NCBI GenBank assembly: GCA_965223335.1
Contig: OZ244991.1
Span: forward strand, 448,001-512,000
DNA length: 64,000 nucleotides
Reading direction: 5' to 3'
Source: Thermodesulfobacteriota bacterium
GTDB lineage: Bacteria; Desulfobacterota_D; UBA1144; Nemesobacterales; UBA2774
Part shown: piece by piece, positions 50,958 to 61,016 of the stretch
Position numbering within the stretch: the stretch's first letter is position 1
Layout: each line of letters begins with the position of its first letter
Position numbers and translations under genes: made by a program
The notes under the pieces: model-generated
The model's input: only the letters and a program-made list of their open reading frames with translations
Told to the model about the DNA's origin: nothing
Database searches by the model: none

Positions 50958-53333
50958 ATGCTTTCTAAATATTCCATCATTTCAATACTGTCCTGCATCC
51001 TACTCTTGATTGGGTGCTCAAGCAAATCACCAAACTATAGATCATCATCTCCCGGACAGGCCGGAATACATATGGGCGATTCCAACTCCATGTCCGATAT
51101 TCAGTTTGTTGACGACGAGAACTATCGCCCCTACGAAGAGGAGTTTGAGGAAGAAGAGGTCCAGTCCTCTTTTTATCTCTCAAACCCCCATCTACAGGTA
51201 TGGCAGTCTTACTACTATTTTGAGAACGTGCTCTCGGACTTTCCAAGCGTAGTTCCAATGACAGAGAGCGAGATTCCTGTAGTACTAAACGACAAGGTTC
51301 ACCATTACATCAACTTTTTTCAAACAAATGGACGTAACTTCTTTGCAAAATGGTTATCCAGGTCCGGCAAATACATCCCGATGATGACTGAGATCCTAGA
51401 AGATCAGGGTATGCCTAAGGACCTAGTATATCAGGCAATGATTGAGAGCGGCTTCAGTGTTTCAGCTCGCTCACACGCAGGAGCTGTGGGCCCGTGGCAA
51501 TTCATCAAGCCCACCGCCAAACGCTATGGACTCAGGGTTGACACTTGGACCGACGAGCGGATGGACCCTCGTAAGGCAACAATTGCAGCATCCAATTATA
51601 TGAGGGACCTCTATGAGATGTTCCAATCGTGGGAACTGGCGGCTGCAGGTTATAACTGTGGTGAAGACAGGGTTCAAAACGCAATTGATAAATATCAGCT
51701 CTATGATTTCTGGCAGATCTCGGAACACACACTGCCCAGAGAAACAAAAAATTATGTCCCCAAGATGATGGCTGCATTAATCATAGCCAAAAACCCTGCG
51801 CAATACGGGTTTACAGGTATCAATTATCAAAGCCCGCTTAGGTTTGAAACAGCCGAAGTAGCAGGGCAAAAGAAACTATCGGATATCGCAAAGGTAATAG
51901 GTGTAAGCCCTACCAAACTTAAGGAACTAAACCCGGCACTCCTACAAAAGGCGACCCCACCGGGCGGTTCATATCAAATAAATGTGCCGATTGGTTACGC
52001 CAGGGTTGTATCCAATAAGAGTACTCAAATTGCCAAGCTGCCAAAGGCAAGCCCGGTTCATGCTAAAAACAGCAAATATGCCAAGCACAAGGTACGCAGG
52101 GGCGATACATTAGCAAAGATAAGCTCGCGCTATGGCGTGAAGATGTCGAGCATTAAGAGGGCAAACGGACTCAAGGGATCCAAAGTCATGTTGGGCCAGA
52201 CCCTCACCATCCCGGGTGTAAGCAGCAAATCAACAACGTCATCATCTAAAAACCGCACTACGACAGTTAAATACAAGGTACGCCGTGGTGACACGCTGGG
52301 TGCAATAGCTGCCAGACACAGGGTCAGTGCCAGTTCGATAAAAAGGGCAAACGGCATAAAGGGCAGTCTCATCAAATCCGGCCAGACTATTACAATCCCA
52401 GGAGCATCGGGTAGATACTATGACGATGTAGGCGGAAGCGTAAGACCTACCATATCAAAATACAGGGTTAAGTCAGGTGATACTCTTGGCGGTATCGCAG
52501 CAAAGCACAGAGTGAGCATTACTACGATAAAAAGGACCAATGGGATCAGTGGTTCGACTATAAGAACGGGCCAGGTTCTAAAGATCCCTCATGTCGGCGG
52601 CACTACCTATGCAAGTTCCAAAACGAGCACAAAACAGACTAGAAGCACTATAAAGTACAAGGTAAAAAGAGGCGATACTCTAGGTGGCGTTGCGGCCCGG
52701 CATAGGGTTAAAATCGCAACTATCAAAAGCACTAACAACCTAAAGAGCAACAACATCATGGTGGGCCAGACCCTCACCATCCCGGGCTCGTCCTATAAGG
52801 CCAGCTCAAGCACCTCTAAGAGAAGCGGTCAAACAGTAAAGTACAAGGTTAAGCGTGGGGACACCCTCGGAGGTGTTGCAGCCCGTCACAAGGTTAAAAT
52901 CGCAACCATCAAAAACGCTAACAACCTAAAGAGCAACAACATCATGGTGGGCCAGACCCTCACCATCCCGGGCTCGTCCTATGTTGCCAGCTCAAGCACC
53001 GCTAAGGGAAGCAAACCCACCAAGTACAAGGTTAAGCGTGGCGATACCTTAGGTGGTATAGCCGCACGCCACAATGTTAAACTCGCTTCAATAAAGAGTG
53101 CCAATAACATCTCCGGTTCTAATATCCGAGTAGGTCAGGTTATCTCTATCCCCTCGGGCCAAAACGGTCACAGAAGCGCTAAGGCCTCTACGGTTCGTTA
53201 CAACGTTAAAAAAGGCGACACTCTTTGGGAGATTGCAAGCAAACACAACGTTACCGTTGCCAATATTAAAAAGTGGAATAAGCTAACCTCCAACAGCCTT
53301 GCCCCCGGCAAGAAACTGACTATCTACCGCTAG
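50958..53333 (+). CDS. MltD-type lytic transglycosylase lipoprotein with 7 LysM repeats
   Basis: Lipobox LLIGC, SLT motifs MIESGF, GPWQF, AAAGYNCG, ETKNYVPK, seven VxxGDTL LysM units. The alternative start at 50940 overlaps a TTGACA promoter. Confidence 0.92.
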   Translation: MLSKYSIISILSCILLLIGCSSKSPNYRSSSPGQAGIHMGDSNSMSDIQFVDDENYRPYEEEFEEEEVQSSFYLSNPHLQVWQSYYYFENVLSDFPSVVPMTESEIPVVLNDKVHHYINFFQTNGRNFFAKWLSRSGKYIPMMTEILEDQGMPKDLVYQAMIESGFSVSARSHAGAVGPWQFIKPTAKRYGLRVDTWTDERMDPRKATIAASNYMRDLYEMFQSWELAAAGYNCGEDRVQNAIDKYQLYDFWQISEHTLPRETKNYVPKMMAALIIAKNPAQYGFTGINYQSPLRFETAEVAGQKKLSDIAKVIGVSPTKLKELNPALLQKATPPGGSYQINVPIGYARVVSNKSTQIAKLPKASPVHAKNSKYAKHKVRRGDTLAKISSRYGVKMSSIKRANGLKGSKVMLGQTLTIPGVSSKSTTSSSKNRTTTVKYKVRRGDTLGAIAARHRVSASSIKRANGIKGSLIKSGQTITIPGASGRYYDDVGGSVRPTISKYRVKSGDTLGGIAAKHRVSITTIKRTNGISGSTIRTGQVLKIPHVGGTTYASSKTSTKQTRSTIKYKVKRGDTLGGVAARHRVKIATIKSTNNLKSNNIMVGQTLTIPGSSYKASSSTSKRSGQTVKYKVKRGDTLGGVAARHKVKIATIKNANNLKSNNIMVGQTLTIPGSSYVASSSTAKGSKPTKYKVKRGDTLGGIAARHNVKLASIKSANNISGSNIRVGQVISIPSGQNGHRSAKASTVRYNVKKGDTLWEIASKHNVTVANIKKWNKLTSNSLAPGKKLTIYR
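52732..52982 (+). repeat. Two identical 65-bp direct repeats inside LysM 4 and LysM 5
   Basis: CTAACAACCTAAAGAGC...GGCTCGTCCTAT at 52732-52796 and 52918-52982 (186-bp period). Confidence 0.9.
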
Positions 53334-53377
53334 TTACCTGGTATATTTGCCAAATCCTGATTACCCTTCATCGTAAT

Positions 53378-54028
53378 ATGCAACTGGACCCCTATGCCAC
53401 GCTCCACCAAGAGTACCGTATAAAGAGAAAGCAGATAAGGCAAAGACTCAGGGAATTTAGGTCGGTGCTTAATCACGCTGATGATAAAGAGGTATTTGAG
53501 GAACTGGCCTTCTGTATACTGACTGCTGGTGCCAGCGCCGCCATGGGACTTAAATCAATCGAGTCTACAAAGGACGTGTTACACACCTGCTCACTAGAAA
53601 CTCTTCGCAAGAGGCTTAGAGGAGTTCACAGGTATCCAAACAGCAGGGCAGCCTATATTATTCACACTCGCGAGCACCTATCCAACGAATGTAAATTAAA
53701 CCTCAAACAAATATTAAAGAGAGAAAAAGACCCTATACACAGAAGGGATCTTCTAGCAAAGAACAAGGACATAAAGGGTATCGGGTATAAGGAGGCAAGC
53801 CATTTCCTGCGCAATATAGGCTTTAGAGGCTATGCCATAATCGACAAACATATCCTAAACTCTATGCTTAATTACGGGCTCATCACAAACACGAAACCCC
53901 CTACCGGCAGGTTGCGATACCTAGAGCTCGAGTCCACACTAAAGTCTTTCGCCTCGTCGATCAATATTAATATAGACGAACTCGATCTTTTACTATGGAG
54001 CGGAAAAACAGGCAAGATTTTAAAGTAG
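53378..54028 (+). CDS. ogg: Ogg2-type N-glycosylase/DNA lyase (8-oxoguanine DNA glycosylase)
   Basis: FEELAFCILT, HhH IKGIGYKEASHFLRNIG, AIIDKH, ELDLLLW..KTGKILK. Confidence 0.9.
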   Translation: MQLDPYATLHQEYRIKRKQIRQRLREFRSVLNHADDKEVFEELAFCILTAGASAAMGLKSIESTKDVLHTCSLETLRKRLRGVHRYPNSRAAYIIHTREHLSNECKLNLKQILKREKDPIHRRDLLAKNKDIKGIGYKEASHFLRNIGFRGYAIIDKHILNSMLNYGLITNTKPPTGRLRYLELESTLKSFASSININIDELDLLLWSGKTGKILK

Positions 54029-54054
54029 GGGCTCTATATAAATTCGAAAAAACC

Positions 54055-54705
54055 ATGAACACAAAAAACAGTATAGAGGAATTGAAGAGAATCTATTCAG
54101 ACAAACATGCAGAAATCGCAGAGCAACTCGCTCAATTCCAAGAGATTCATGAATCAGGTGATGACCAAAGGATTTTTGAGGAGCTCGTATTTTGCATCCT
54201 TACGTCCGCTGTGGGCCCCGTAGTTGGTACCAAGTCGTTAAATGCTATCAAAGACGTATTGCTTACGGCAACTGCCGGCGAACTCACACACAGACTAGAG
54301 GACATACACAAATACCCCGAGAAATCTGACTACATTGTACACACCCGCGAGTACTTCAACTCCACTTACAATATGAAGATAAGAAACACTATTTTTTCCA
54401 TCACAGACCCTATAGAAAGACGCGATTTCATCGCATCCAATAAAGATATAAAAGGACTCGGTTACACCCAATCGAGTCACTTCCTTCGTAATATAGGCTT
54501 TAGAGGATACGCAATACTAGATCGAAACGTGACACGGGAGCTATTTAACTATGGGATTCTCGAGAGCCAAAAACCGCCCACTACCAAGAAACAATATATC
54601 GATGCAGAGCACAAAATGAGCGAGTTTACCAAAGTGCTCGGTATGAGTATAGAGGAGCTGGATATGGTGCTCTGGTCCAAAAAAACAGGCAGGATCCCCA
54701 AATAA
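54055..54705 (+). CDS. Second Ogg2-type paralog lacking the catalytic Lys
   Basis: FEELVFCILT, IKGLGYTQSSHFLRNIG, AILDRN, ELDMVLW..KTGRIPK; 216 aa, same length as the first copy. Confidence 0.85.
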   Translation: MNTKNSIEELKRIYSDKHAEIAEQLAQFQEIHESGDDQRIFEELVFCILTSAVGPVVGTKSLNAIKDVLLTATAGELTHRLEDIHKYPEKSDYIVHTREYFNSTYNMKIRNTIFSITDPIERRDFIASNKDIKGLGYTQSSHFLRNIGFRGYAILDRNVTRELFNYGILESQKPPTTKKQYIDAEHKMSEFTKVLGMSIEELDMVLWSKKTGRIPK

Positions 54706-54742
54706 TAAAACTCTTCAGACCCGATGTGAACGCATAGTTAGG

Positions 54743-55396
54743 CTACCCCAATTCTATAAAAACCTCGGCATATTCCATCTCCCCGACACCACGAATCTCA
54801 TTGAACACAGCCCTATACTTGTTAAGCCCCTTGACCCCGCCCACATAATCCCTGTAAGCGGTCTGGCTGCGGTGCGTTGCCACAGCCCCCGTTTTTTTCT
54901 CGATCCACTGGGTAATATCAACAATCCTGTCATATGATGGAAAAGGGGTCCATACCTCGTAGCAAAGTACCCGCGGCTTAACTTGTAGATCACCCAGAGC
55001 CTCCAATACAAGCCGTGACACTTTTTTATGTGTAGGGTGCTTATCGATCTCGGGGTGTGGGATATATAGCTCTACGGGTGAATATAGCTCAATGATACGT
55101 TTTGTTTCCTCTCTTGTATAATCGGCCCTGTCTTGGGCCTTGAGATTCATTATCCCCATCATTATGAGCTCTTTAACGCCTAAGATCTCAGAGGCTTTTT
55201 TTGTCTCATTCTCCCTAATTCCTACCAGCTCGCCCTCTGTTACACCCAGTGTGTTGGTGCTCCCCCTCCCGTCGGTCACCACAACCGACACAACCCTCTT
55301 ACCTTCGCTAATAAATTTGCACACTGCCCCGCCCATACCGATTTCCAAGTCATCGGGATGGGGCGAGATTACTAAAATCGTTTCGACCACAGGCAC
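54743..55396 (-). CDS. PIG-L/LmbE family deacetylase
   Basis: SPHPDDLEIG, TDG, R..E...A..LG, HPTH, HRSQ; GGAGG RBS with GTG start. Confidence 0.9.
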   Translation of the reverse strand: MPVVETILVISPHPDDLEIGMGGAVCKFISEGKRVVSVVVTDGRGSTNTLGVTEGELVGIRENETKKASEILGVKELIMMGIMNLKAQDRADYTREETKRIIELYSPVELYIPHPEIDKHPTHKKVSRLVLEALGDLQVKPRVLCYEVWTPFPSYDRIVDITQWIEKKTGAVATHRSQTAYRDYVGGVKGLNKYRAVFNEIRGVGEMEYAEVFIELG

Positions 55397-55463
55397 TTAT
55401 TGCCTCCTTGACAATTGCAACCGATCAATCACCATTAATCTAACTGAAAATAGGGGTAAATAT

Positions 55464-56894
55464 ATGGAATATGAACCGGTTATAGGACTCGAGGTACACG
55501 CTCAGCTCTCTACAGAATCCAAGATCTTCTCCCCAGCCTCAACAGAGTTCGGCGGGGAACCCAACACACAGGTTTGTCCAGTTACTATGGGTCTACCGGG
55601 AGTGCTGCCGGTATTAAATAAAAAGGCTCTCGAGTACGCCATCAGGGCTGCAATTGCGCTTAACTGTGATGTAAACACAGTGTCCAGGTTTGCTCGTAAG
55701 AACTATTTTTATCCCGACCTGCCCAAAGGGTATCAAATCTCGCAGTACGACGCTCCATTGTCCGAAAACGGGTGGCTCATGATACGTGTAGGTGACAATG
55801 ATAAGAAAATCCGCATCACTAGAATACATATGGAAGAGGACGCCGGGAAACTCATACACGACACACGCAGCAATTCTAGCTTTGTGGACCTAAACAGAGC
55901 CGGCACCCCGCTTATCGAAATTGTAAGTGAACCCGATATTTCGAGCCCTCAAGAGGCTGTGGAGTATATGAAAAAGCTCCGTGCCATTGTCCGCTACATT
56001 GGGGTTTGTGACGGTAATATGGAAGAGGGTAGCCTCCGTTGCGATGCTAATGTATCCGTAAGACCCAAAGGGACTAAGGAGCTCGGCACAAAAGCCGAGA
56101 TAAAGAACGTTAACTCGTTTAAATTTGTAGAGAAAGCCATAGAGTACGAGATAAAGAGGCAAATTTTGGTACTCGAAAGCGGAGAAGAGGTCACACAAGA
56201 AACAAGGCTCTTTGACTCGGACAAGGGTGTTACGTTCTCTATGAGGTCAAAAGAAGAAGCACATGACTACAGATACTTCCCTGACCCCGACCTCCTGCCC
56301 GTCGTAATAGAAGACAGTTGGATAAAAGAGATTAAAGAGGACCTGCCTGAGCTACCCGAAGCAAGGCTGAACAGGTTTATAGACGACTACCAACTACCCC
56401 AATACGACGCAGGTGTACTAACCTCCTCAAAACAGATCGCGGACTATTTCGAGCAGTGCCTCGCGAGCTATAACAATCCCAAAGCACTTAGCAACTGGAT
56501 CATGACCGAGCTTCTGCGCGAAATCGATGACGAAGACTCAATAGACCAATTCGCTATTACTCCACCTAAGCTCACCCAACTCCTCACACTTATCGACCAG
56601 GGCACAATAAGCAGGAAAATGGCAAAAGACATTTTTAGCGAAATGATTACGAGCGGCAAAGACGCCCGGGAGATTGTAAAGAGTAAAGGACTCGAGCAAA
56701 TATCTGACCAGGACGAGATTCTCAATATGATACGCGACATACTCAAGAGACACCCCGACGAGGTAGATAGATTTAAGAATGGGGACCAAAAACTGCTGGG
56801 ATTTTTCGTAGGTCAGGTCATGAAAACCACCGGGGGCAATGCAAATCCCAAGGTCGTAAATGAACTGCTCCGTAAAGAGCTGAATGAAGTGTAG
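55464..56894 (+). CDS. gatB: Asp/Glu-tRNA amidotransferase subunit B
   Basis: VIGLEVHAQL, RKNYFYPDLPKGYQISQ, HMEEDAGK, DLNRAGTPL, YRYFPDPDL. Confidence 0.97.
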   Translation: MEYEPVIGLEVHAQLSTESKIFSPASTEFGGEPNTQVCPVTMGLPGVLPVLNKKALEYAIRAAIALNCDVNTVSRFARKNYFYPDLPKGYQISQYDAPLSENGWLMIRVGDNDKKIRITRIHMEEDAGKLIHDTRSNSSFVDLNRAGTPLIEIVSEPDISSPQEAVEYMKKLRAIVRYIGVCDGNMEEGSLRCDANVSVRPKGTKELGTKAEIKNVNSFKFVEKAIEYEIKRQILVLESGEEVTQETRLFDSDKGVTFSMRSKEEAHDYRYFPDPDLLPVVIEDSWIKEIKEDLPELPEARLNRFIDDYQLPQYDAGVLTSSKQIADYFEQCLASYNNPKALSNWIMTELLREIDDEDSIDQFAITPPKLTQLLTLIDQGTISRKMAKDIFSEMITSGKDAREIVKSKGLEQISDQDEILNMIRDILKRHPDEVDRFKNGDQKLLGFFVGQVMKTTGGNANPKVVNELLRKELNEV

Positions 56895-56911
56895 TGGCTA
56901 TGGGGTGGGTT

Positions 56912-58015
56912 TTAGTAGTGTTTGCTCAAGTAGTAGAGTAAACCCTCTATATAATCGGTGCCTCTAACTGCAATATTGTCTCTGATATTCTTAAAATCCA
57001 TCAGTTCCACATCTTGAAAAACCTCTACGATTTCCGGATCGAACTGTGTGCCGGAATTCTCAACTATGATCTCAGAGGCTTTTTCAAACGGCATTGCTTT
57101 TCTGTATGTCCGCTCACTTGTCATTGCATCAAGCGCGTCCACAACAGAGAATATCCTGGCCCCAAACGGTATATCCTCTCTCTTTAACTGCCTTGGATAC
57201 CCGGTACCATCGGCCCTCTCGTGGTGGCTAAGTACTATCTGAGCCGAGTCCTCGAGAAAATCGATCCTCTGAAGTAGTTTGTACCCGTTTTCAGGATGCA
57301 TCTTCATTATCTTCCATTCATCATCGGTAAGCGCACCCGGCTTAAGCAGTATATGATCTGGGACACCTATTTTCCCTATATCATGGAGCAACGCCCCTTT
57401 CGCCAGTATCGCCAGATCGTTATCGTCAAGATTAAGCTTTTTAGCAATTTTAAGCGCATATTCCGTAACGCGATAGGAATGATAGCCCGTTTCCTGTTCC
57501 CTAAGGTCAAGTGCCAGGATCATTGCTTCGAGTGTGCTTGAGTAGAGATTAACCAGCTCGCGGGTTTGATCGGCTACCTTTTTCTCAAGGTTCTTTTGGT
57601 AGTCCTTGTTCTCTTTTATCAGTTTTGCCCTTTCAACCGCACGACGGATCACGGCTTCTACATCGTTTATGTTAAAGGGTTTAAAGATGTAGTCGTAGGC
57701 ACCTTCCTTAAGTGCCTCTCTCACGTTCTCTATTTCCCTGGAAGCCGACACCATGATTATGGAGATGTCAGGGGCATAAGATTTCAGTTTCTTAAGTGTC
57801 TCAATGCCGTTTAGCTTAGGCATCTGAACATCTAAAAGAACTACATCGAAATCACTCTGTTCGTAGAATTTCTCTAGGCACTGGAGCCCGTTTTGAGCGG
57901 TATCGCACCTGTATCCGAAACCCTCGAGAGTCTCTAAAAAGAGATTGCGGATGGTCTCTTCATCATCTACGATGAGTATCTTTTCTTTATGTTTTACAGG
58001 GTTTACTTCAGCCAT
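56912..58015 (-). CDS. Response regulator with HD-GYP phosphodiesterase domain (RpfG-like)
   Basis: REC domain (IVDDE, LLDVQMP, KPF); HDIGKIG, HHERADGTGYP, DAMTSERTYR, GTQFDP. Confidence 0.92.
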   Translation of the reverse strand: MAEVNPVKHKEKILIVDDEETIRNLFLETLEGFGYRCDTAQNGLQCLEKFYEQSDFDVVLLDVQMPKLNGIETLKKLKSYAPDISIIMVSASREIENVREALKEGAYDYIFKPFNINDVEAVIRRAVERAKLIKENKDYQKNLEKKVADQTRELVNLYSSTLEAMILALDLREQETGYHSYRVTEYALKIAKKLNLDDNDLAILAKGALLHDIGKIGVPDHILLKPGALTDDEWKIMKMHPENGYKLLQRIDFLEDSAQIVLSHHERADGTGYPRQLKREDIPFGARIFSVVDALDAMTSERTYRKAMPFEKASEIIVENSGTQFDPEIVEVFQDVELMDFKNIRDNIAVRGTDYIEGLLYYLSKHY

Positions 58016-58217
58016 TATTGTATCTTTAGTGATACTACCAATCCCAATTATTTTCAAGGCTTAGCACAAAAATTAGACAAGTCCATCACCAGGAGCTCAA
58101 TATTAATCAATGATTATAGTATATTGCGACACCCGCAAATCGCAAATAATTTTCGTTGATATCCTAGAAATCACGTTTGACAACGCACATATTAGAATGT
58201 ATTTTCACCTCGAGCTT

Positions 58218-59342
58218 ATGGATAAAGCATTTCTGGTTTTAGAAAACGGTGCCGTGTTTGAAGGGCTATCTTTCGGAGCAAGCGGCGAGGTGTGCGGCGA
58301 GGTAGTGTTTAACACATCGCTCACTGGGTACCAGGAAATACTGACTGACCCTTCCTATAACGGTCAGATCGTTGTAATGACTTACCCCGAGATCGGCAAC
58401 TATGGGGTAAACCCCGAGGATGTCGAGTCGCGTAAGCCTTTTCTGAGAGGGTTTGTTGTAAAAGAGTACTGGGAGCACCCTAGCAACTGGAGGTCCCAGA
58501 TGGCACTTGGACCCTATTTATCTGAAAGCGGGGTGCTGGGAATCCAAGGCATCGACACCAGAGAGCTTACAAGGACAATACGTACCGAGGGGGCTATGAG
58601 GGGGATCATATCTACCGTCGAGTCCGATTCTAAAACTCTTATAGATACGGTAAGAGCATCGGAGAGCATTGTGGGAGCCGATTTGGTCACAGAGGTAAGC
58701 TGTGGGGAAAAATATCAATGGGAAAAGGGCACAGAGTTATGGAGACCGGCTTACGAAGCCCGTAGAGAGGCCGATAAACAGTTTAGAGTAGTAGCATACG
58801 ATTTTGGTATAAAACAAAACATACTCCGCAAATTGGTAGATTTCGGTTGCGAGGTCTGGACAGTGCCGTCCACCACGCCACCCAACGACGTAATGGGACT
58901 AAAGCCCGACGGGGTGTTTCTATCCAACGGTCCCGGCGACCCGGCCGGTGTGCCATATGCAATTGAAAGCGTGCAGAGCCTTGTCGGCAAAATCCCTATT
59001 TTCGGGATATGTTTAGGGCACCAGATTTTGGGCAGGGCACTAGGTGGAAATACGTTTAAGCTTAAGTTCGGCCACAGGGGTGCAAACCAACCGGTCCAAG
59101 ACCTGTCCACCGGTAAAGTCGAGATCACCTCACAGAACCATGGCTTTGCAGTGGATGCCGACTCGCTCGGCAGTGATGTAGAGGTAACCCATATAAACCT
59201 AAACGACGACACCGTGGAGGGTCTAAGACACAAAAATTATCCCGTGTTCTCAGTACAGTACCATCCTGAAGCCTCCCCCGGACCGCATGACTCCTCTTAC
59301 CTGTTTACTAAATTTATAGATTTGATGAAGGCAGATGCCTGA
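58218..59342 (+). CDS. carA: Carbamoyl-phosphate synthase small subunit
   Basis: [42 protein letters not shown]. Confidence 0.97.
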   Translation: MDKAFLVLENGAVFEGLSFGASGEVCGEVVFNTSLTGYQEILTDPSYNGQIVVMTYPEIGNYGVNPEDVESRKPFLRGFVVKEYWEHPSNWRSQMALGPYLSESGVLGIQGIDTRELTRTIRTEGAMRGIISTVESDSKTLIDTVRASESIVGADLVTEVSCGEKYQWEKGTELWRPAYEARREADKQFRVVAYDFGIKQNILRKLVDFGCEVWTVPSTTPPNDVMGLKPDGVFLSNGPGDPAGVPYAIESVQSLVGKIPIFGICLGHQILGRALGGNTFKLKFGHRGANQPVQDLSTGKVEITSQNHGFAVDADSLGSDVEVTHINLNDDTVEGLRHKNYPVFSVQYHPEASPGPHDSSYLFTKFIDLMKADA

Positions 59343-59362
59343 AATTAAAGCCTGCCGTCCCT

Positions 59363-60964
59363 TTAAGCAGCTTTTCGCTCTAGCTCGTCCTGCACAATGG
59401 TTTCGGCCTGATCTATTCCCTCTGTGGACTCGGAGATCAGTTTTAATGACCGTTCACCGATTTGCACAGACCTTGTGTACTCACCTGTAGTAGACTTATC
59501 AAGTTCTGTGATCGGAACCATAATGTTGTCGATGAAGCGGAGAAAAGCGTCTATGGTTCTTCTTCTTATACGTCCATAACCCTTTATCATGCTGGCGCTG
59601 CTAGCAATAAGCACCCCCAGGTTATAATCCAACGCCGCAAAGGTTCTAATTGCAGCATCGTATTTCTTTATTAACCTATGTTCCTGTTTATATCTATACG
59701 AGTAAGGTCTTATGAACTTAAACTTCGTCAAAAACCATAGCCTCATAAACCCCGTAAAAGATGTTGTTGTGGGTGTCTGACCCATAGTAAGGGGCTTGCG
59801 CTTTCCAACAATTTTTTGGAATACTCTACTATTTACAACAGCCATAATTGGGGCTACCAAAATATTTGGGAACAGGCCATAGACCTCCTCAGCATCTGGT
59901 TTTAAGTAATCTACCACCCTAAATACCTGGCCCGGTTTTATCCTCATACCTTCCATTATCTGTTTGAACCTGCCCGAATTTATCTTTAGTTCCGACACAC
60001 GGATACCATCTTCATACCCCATCCATAACCCAAGATTTTTGGCATATTGCTTTGTGAGCACAAACCCGTCTGCCTTAACCGATTTATCAAGCTGATATAT
60101 AGAATCAACGCTATCTAGATACTTCTCTCCGTACCACTTAGCCTGATAGTCTATTAGCCTGTACGTTGACTCGGCTACTAGCTGTCGCACCCCGTCGGGA
60201 TAATCGGCAATTCGCTCACGAATCAGGTCAAGGAACTCACCTGCTTTACTTCCCTCTAGTTTCTCTGCCCTCTCAGCTACAAAATCATCCCAGTCCGTTT
60301 GAGACCCAGCCCCAATTGGGTCTTTCTTTTGAGACGTAACATAGTCATACCCCGCCTCAAACGCCTTAATATTGCTGGTCACTGCAACCCCTACCTGACC
60401 AATAGCCCCTATGAATGAGGCTTTGTTAATCGGCAATATCTCAAGAGCCGCCAACGCACCCAAGAGGATGGCATTCACAGCGAGTTCGTCCATATCGTTT
60501 ATCTTCGCCAGCTCAAGAGCATCAATGCCGATAAATTCACGTGAGAACTCCTCGGCAATACGCCTTAGGTTCTCCTCTTGGTAAATCCCGCTACCAAGGG
60601 GCATCTTCTCCAGTGTAGAGTAGATCCTGTGTGTACTTGTTACGATAGTGGTTTTGTCAGAGCCGTAACCAAGCTCAAGCGCCCGCCCGAGCTCAAGGAA
60701 TTCCTGCGATAGTATCACGTCCACATCACCCGGCATTGGGTACTGTGCAAACACAACGTTTTTGTCCTGCGCTTTATGCCTGGGGTGTGCTTCAAGGTAA
60801 TACACTGTCGAGCCACCTCTCTGAGACAGACCCGGCAGGCTTATACCCTGCACATCGAAATGCTCGTCAAAAAAGGCCTGCACCAGCCACTCGGTCATCA
60901 CACCCCCACCCTGACCTCCTACGGCTGGAATTAGAATTTTTATTAGATCGTTGTTATTTTCCAT
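59363..60964 (-). CDS. iorB: Indolepyruvate oxidoreductase beta-family subunit, long form
   Basis: AVGGQGGGV, GLSQRGGST, C-terminal extension with LIDYQ...Y, MGYEDGIRV, IKGYG. Confidence 0.85.
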   Translation of the reverse strand: MENNNDLIKILIPAVGGQGGGVMTEWLVQAFFDEHFDVQGISLPGLSQRGGSTVYYLEAHPRHKAQDKNVVFAQYPMPGDVDVILSQEFLELGRALELGYGSDKTTIVTSTHRIYSTLEKMPLGSGIYQEENLRRIAEEFSREFIGIDALELAKINDMDELAVNAILLGALAALEILPINKASFIGAIGQVGVAVTSNIKAFEAGYDYVTSQKKDPIGAGSQTDWDDFVAERAEKLEGSKAGEFLDLIRERIADYPDGVRQLVAESTYRLIDYQAKWYGEKYLDSVDSIYQLDKSVKADGFVLTKQYAKNLGLWMGYEDGIRVSELKINSGRFKQIMEGMRIKPGQVFRVVDYLKPDAEEVYGLFPNILVAPIMAVVNSRVFQKIVGKRKPLTMGQTPTTTSFTGFMRLWFLTKFKFIRPYSYRYKQEHRLIKKYDAAIRTFAALDYNLGVLIASSASMIKGYGRIRRRTIDAFLRFIDNIMVPITELDKSTTGEYTRSVQIGERSLKLISESTEGIDQAETIVQDELERKAA

Positions 60965-61016
60965 GTCTCGAACGAAACAACCGGATTCTTACCTTACGAA
61001 CAAAGATATAGTTGTA

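Noticed and set aside
52070..53333. Repeats as a possible CRISPR array or mobile element
   Set aside because: They are in-frame coding LysM units, with no spacers or cas genes.
55140..55463. 108-aa N-terminal extension of GatB in the ORF track
   Set aside because: Overlaps the PIG-L gene on the opposite strand; GatB homology begins at the ATG at 55464.
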